Part shown: one piece after another, positions 17,037 to 20,181 of the stretch
Layout: each line of letters begins with the position of its first letter
How positions within the stretch are numbered: position 1 is the first letter of the stretch
Source: Cyanobacteria bacterium P01_D01_bin.156
GTDB taxonomy: Bacteria > Cyanobacteriota > Cyanobacteriia > Phormidesmidales > Phormidesmidaceae
DNA length: 20,181 nucleotides
Direction: 5' to 3'
Assembly (NCBI GenBank): GCA_039024555.1
Contig: JBCCQQ010000085.1
Span: 1-20,181 of the forward strand
Notes under the pieces: generated by a model
What the model saw: only the letters and a program-made list of their open reading frames with translations
Told to the model about the DNA's origin: nothing
The model's database searches: none
Program-made: the position numbers and the translations under genes

Positions 17037-19670
17037 CTAGATGACGTTGCTGCTTAAAAGGGTTGATATTTTATCAGCATTAACAGGTTTACTAAACAGA
17101 TACCCCTGGGCTGTTTCACATCCGAATTGCTGAAGCATATGGCATTGTTCCGTAGTTTCCACACCTTCAGCAATCACTTCATGCTCTAAATTTCGACACA
17201 TTTCTATCATGGAACTAATGAGACTCTTTGACTTATGGTCAATCAGCATGTCATTGATAAAGTATTTGTCGATCTTTAGACAGTCAATTGTTAGATGTTT
17301 GAGGGATGCAAATGATGAATAGCCAGTACCAAAGTCATCAATGGCCACCATTACCCCGATATCTTTCAAGTCTTGAAAAGTTGAAAGATTTTGTTGATCC
17401 GTTTGTACAACACTTTCGGTAACCTCTAGCTCTAATTCTGATGGCACCATGCCTGTTTCAGTAATCACATGCTCAATCAATGAGACAAAGTCTTTATCAA
17501 GAAAATGGACTGGCGAAATATTGACGGCCATACGAATTGCGGGTAATCCTTTTTTCTTCCAGTTAACCGCTTGATTACAGGCTTTTCTCAATACCCACTC
17601 GGTAAGGGGCTTAATCATTCCTATTTTCTCGGCGGTAGCAATAAATTCAGTCGGTGAAACCTGCCCTAGTTGGGGATGGTACCAGCGTGACAACGCTTCG
17701 ACACCAATAATTTTACCCGTTAGGAGGTCAACCTGGGGTTGATAGACCAGCGATAATTGATGCTTTTCAACGGCTTCCCTTAAGCTTTGTTCCACACGAA
17801 ACCGATACTCTGCCTTTAGTGTGAGTTCAGGCTTATAGAACGCATATTGGTTTTTACCCCGTTCCTTGGCCGCATATAGTGATGTGTCAGCTGCCTTGAT
17901 TAAGGTGGAGAGATCTAGGCCATCATCAGGATAGTGAGCAATGCCAATGCTGCAGGCAGGGTTAAACTTTCTAGCTAACAGTTCGACTGGCTTAGATATT
18001 GTTTCCAGACACCGTTGAGCAACATAGGCCGCGCCATAGTCATGGTTGACACCATCTAAGAGAATACAGAATTCGTCACCGCTGAGACGGGCAACAAAAT
18101 CAGTTTGACGAGCAACGTTCTGTAGGCGCTTAGCAATTTCTTGAAGTAGCAAATCACCAACATTGTGCCCTAACGTATCGTTTACACTCTTAAAATCATC
18201 TAAATCGATGTACAACAGTCCTAACCGAGATCGGTTGCGGTCAGCTCTTTTAATGGCCATTTCCAGATTTTGATAGAAATGCGCACGATTGGCAACACCA
18301 GTCAAATCATCCGTGTAGGCTAATTCACGGATACGCTTTTGAGCCTGATCGCGCTCCATAACGATGCCAGCTAACCTAGCTGCAGACTTAAGATCGTTTG
18401 ATTCATATTCATTGGGTAGTGCTGGGTGGTTATAGTACATGCCAAATGCACCTAACACTTTTCCAGATGAACTTTTAATGGGTTCAGACCAGCAGCATCG
18501 CATGCCATGGGGAAGGGCAACATGCTTAATGTCGGTCCATTTGGGATCGGTTTCGATATTTTCAACAAGAACACGGTTGCCGGTGTATGTTGAAGTTCCA
18601 CATGAGCCCACATTGGGACCATTCTTTAGACCGTGAACAGCCTCACAATATTCTTTTGGCAGGCTGGGCGCCCCTCCATGCATGAGTCGACCATCTTGTA
18701 ATTCAAGCATGGAGCATCGCAGTCCAGGATGGCGTCCTTCATACATTAATGCGATTTCTGAATAGATCTCTGATGCTGGTTGCCCCGTGGCAATCATCTC
18801 CAAAATTTCTGCATTTTTTTCATTAAAGGCTTCTGCATTTTTCCGGGCAGTAATATCAACATGGGTACCGACCAGGCGAACCGCTTTGCCATCAGAATCT
18901 CGATGGACAAGAAATGCGCGGGATAGCACAAACACTTCATGCTGTGCTTTGTGCTGCATTCGCATTTCAATATCGAATGAATCCACCTTGCCAGCGACAT
19001 AGTCTTGAACCATCGTTAAGACTATGGTTTTATCATCTGGATGAACTAGATTCTGCCAAGTGTCTAGCGTATTGCTGAGCTCATCAGCCCGATAACCCAG
19101 CATACTCTTCCAACGAGGTGAGTAGTAGACCTCATTGGTTTCTAAATTCCAGTCCCAAAGCCCGTCATTAGCTCCCCGCAGAGCCAGGGAAAAGCGCTCC
19201 TCACTTTTTTGAAGTCTTTCTTCTGATTCCTTACGCGCCGTAATACTGTGGCCAATGCCGAGTACGCCAATCAGGGTCCCATGGTCATTGTACATGGGAA
19301 GTCTGTTGATCTCTAGAAGTTCACGCTGTCCCTGATGGGCAAAGATTGTCCATTCTTCATTGGTTGATAGAGCCCCTTTTTGTATTACCTCTTTGTCATA
19401 CTTGCAAAATAAATCTGCCAATCGAGCACCCATCAGGTCATAGTCAGTTTTACCCAATATGTTTTTCTCGGGGGTGCTAAGAAAATCTTCGAAGCGATGA
19501 TTACAGGCTAGATACACGCCACTGGGAGACTTTAGCCAGATGAGGGCTGGGAGAGTATGAATGATTTTGCTATAAAATTCAATATCTTTCCGAGGCTTAG
19601 AAGCTTTGTTTAATTCGGTGAGAAGTACCTTAAGGTCTAAGGCTGGCGTTGATTGAATTTTACATTTCAT
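17037..19670 (-). CDS. PAS-PAS-GAF-GGDEF-EAL c-di-GMP signalling protein
   Basis: PAS (IWLKS..GVYLACN; GLWDWN..VHPDD), GAF (GSCGT..CWSEPI..GAFGMY), cyclase domain (DDLTGVANR, DLDDFK.VND, SGDEF) and EAL domain (EALSRW, ELEVTES, DDFGTGYSS, KIDK, AEGVET, QGY). ATG at 19670 preferred over TTG at 19682. Confidence 0.95.
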   Translation of the reverse strand: MKCKIQSTPALDLKVLLTELNKASKPRKDIEFYSKIIHTLPALIWLKSPSGVYLACNHRFEDFLSTPEKNILGKTDYDLMGARLADLFCKYDKEVIQKGALSTNEEWTIFAHQGQRELLEINRLPMYNDHGTLIGVLGIGHSITARKESEERLQKSEERFSLALRGANDGLWDWNLETNEVYYSPRWKSMLGYRADELSNTLDTWQNLVHPDDKTIVLTMVQDYVAGKVDSFDIEMRMQHKAQHEVFVLSRAFLVHRDSDGKAVRLVGTHVDITARKNAEAFNEKNAEILEMIATGQPASEIYSEIALMYEGRHPGLRCSMLELQDGRLMHGGAPSLPKEYCEAVHGLKNGPNVGSCGTSTYTGNRVLVENIETDPKWTDIKHVALPHGMRCCWSEPIKSSSGKVLGAFGMYYNHPALPNEYESNDLKSAARLAGIVMERDQAQKRIRELAYTDDLTGVANRAHFYQNLEMAIKRADRNRSRLGLLYIDLDDFKSVNDTLGHNVGDLLLQEIAKRLQNVARQTDFVARLSGDEFCILLDGVNHDYGAAYVAQRCLETISKPVELLARKFNPACSIGIAHYPDDGLDLSTLIKAADTSLYAAKERGKNQYAFYKPELTLKAEYRFRVEQSLREAVEKHQLSLVYQPQVDLLTGKIIGVEALSRWYHPQLGQVSPTEFIATAEKIGMIKPLTEWVLRKACNQAVNWKKKGLPAIRMAVNISPVHFLDKDFVSLIEHVITETGMVPSELELEVTESVVQTDQQNLSTFQDLKDIGVMVAIDDFGTGYSSFASLKHLTIDCLKIDKYFINDMLIDHKSKSLISSMIEMCRNLEHEVIAEGVETTEQCHMLQQFGCETAQGYLFSKPVNADKISTLLSSNVI

Positions 19671-20181
19671 AGCAGCTTGCAATCTATTCTCAGGGTTTTC
19701 TAAGCTACCTCTATAGTAAAATTTGTTACCAAAATTACAATTCGCATTTTGGCTGAATAACAGTTTTAGGAGTTTAAATTCCTAGTGAATTCCCACTAAA
19801 ATTATGTAAGACTACTGACAGGGTATTTGCTAAGTGTCAGCTTATAAATGCAATCTTTTAAGACTTAGTAGTGCGGGTAAATAGCGATGCTGTTAGTCGC
19901 ATGAAACTATGCCATAGTGACAATTCCGCTTTAAATAGAAGTTGTTTCTCTTTGCCTGTAGTCATCATTTGACCCAAATCATTTGCAGTGAACTTTCATC
20001 TGCTAAAGGCTTGCGCGCGAGATATGTTCATCTTTAGTCAATCAATAGTCCGGACAGAAAAGCGAGAGAACTAGCCAGAAAAGCTATTCAGGCTCTAAGG
20101 TTTTGTTAACAGACAAACCCACCTGAATAGCTATGATTTGCATGATACCGGGTCTACTCCAAAAAGTGGGCCATTTAGCAA

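Noticed and set aside
18439..19002. Short ORFs within the GGDEF-EAL gene
   Set aside because: Nested shadow ORFs with no independent evidence.
19683..20181. 500-bp AT-rich upstream region examined for a c-di-GMP riboswitch, an HLR1/RpaB repeat (GTTACCAAAATTACAAT) and small ORFs
   Set aside because: GGCAAA on the minus strand lacks the rest of the GEMM consensus, the direct-repeat period is 9 rather than 10, and only very short ORFs were seen.
1..20181. CRISPR arrays, tRNA or rRNA genes
   Set aside because: No regularly spaced repeats, cloverleaf/T-loop signatures or rRNA-like sequence were seen in the intergenic regions.

Overview
Chromosomal window from a cyanobacterium: at least 11 HIP1 GCGATCGC octamers, a cyanobacterial CCCCC..GGGGG dispersed repeat, and cyanobacteria-typical genes. 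It opens on the left end of an IS256-family element. A same-strand run follows: proA, an AT-rich ABC-type ATPase + TOPRIM-like (DUF3226-type) pair, a carotenoid oxygenase, folB, a GT-C glycosyltransferase and a TPR protein. Next come a predicted exported hypothetical protein, the ssaD-ogdA TCA-bypass operon, an HTH protein and nrtS. The right end holds a LysR / internally deleted SDR / VOC / aldo-keto reductase cluster and a PAS-PAS-GAF-GGDEF-EAL gene. The best candidates for something new are: (1) a ~160-nt multi-stem RNA with a possible loop-loop kiss in the ssaD-ogdA leader; (2) a secreted protein that aligns with the FolB T-fold but lacks its catalytic residues; (3) a PARIS-like ATPase-TOPRIM module inside a housekeeping gene run. 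All family calls come from motif recognition by eye. No searches or folding programs were run.
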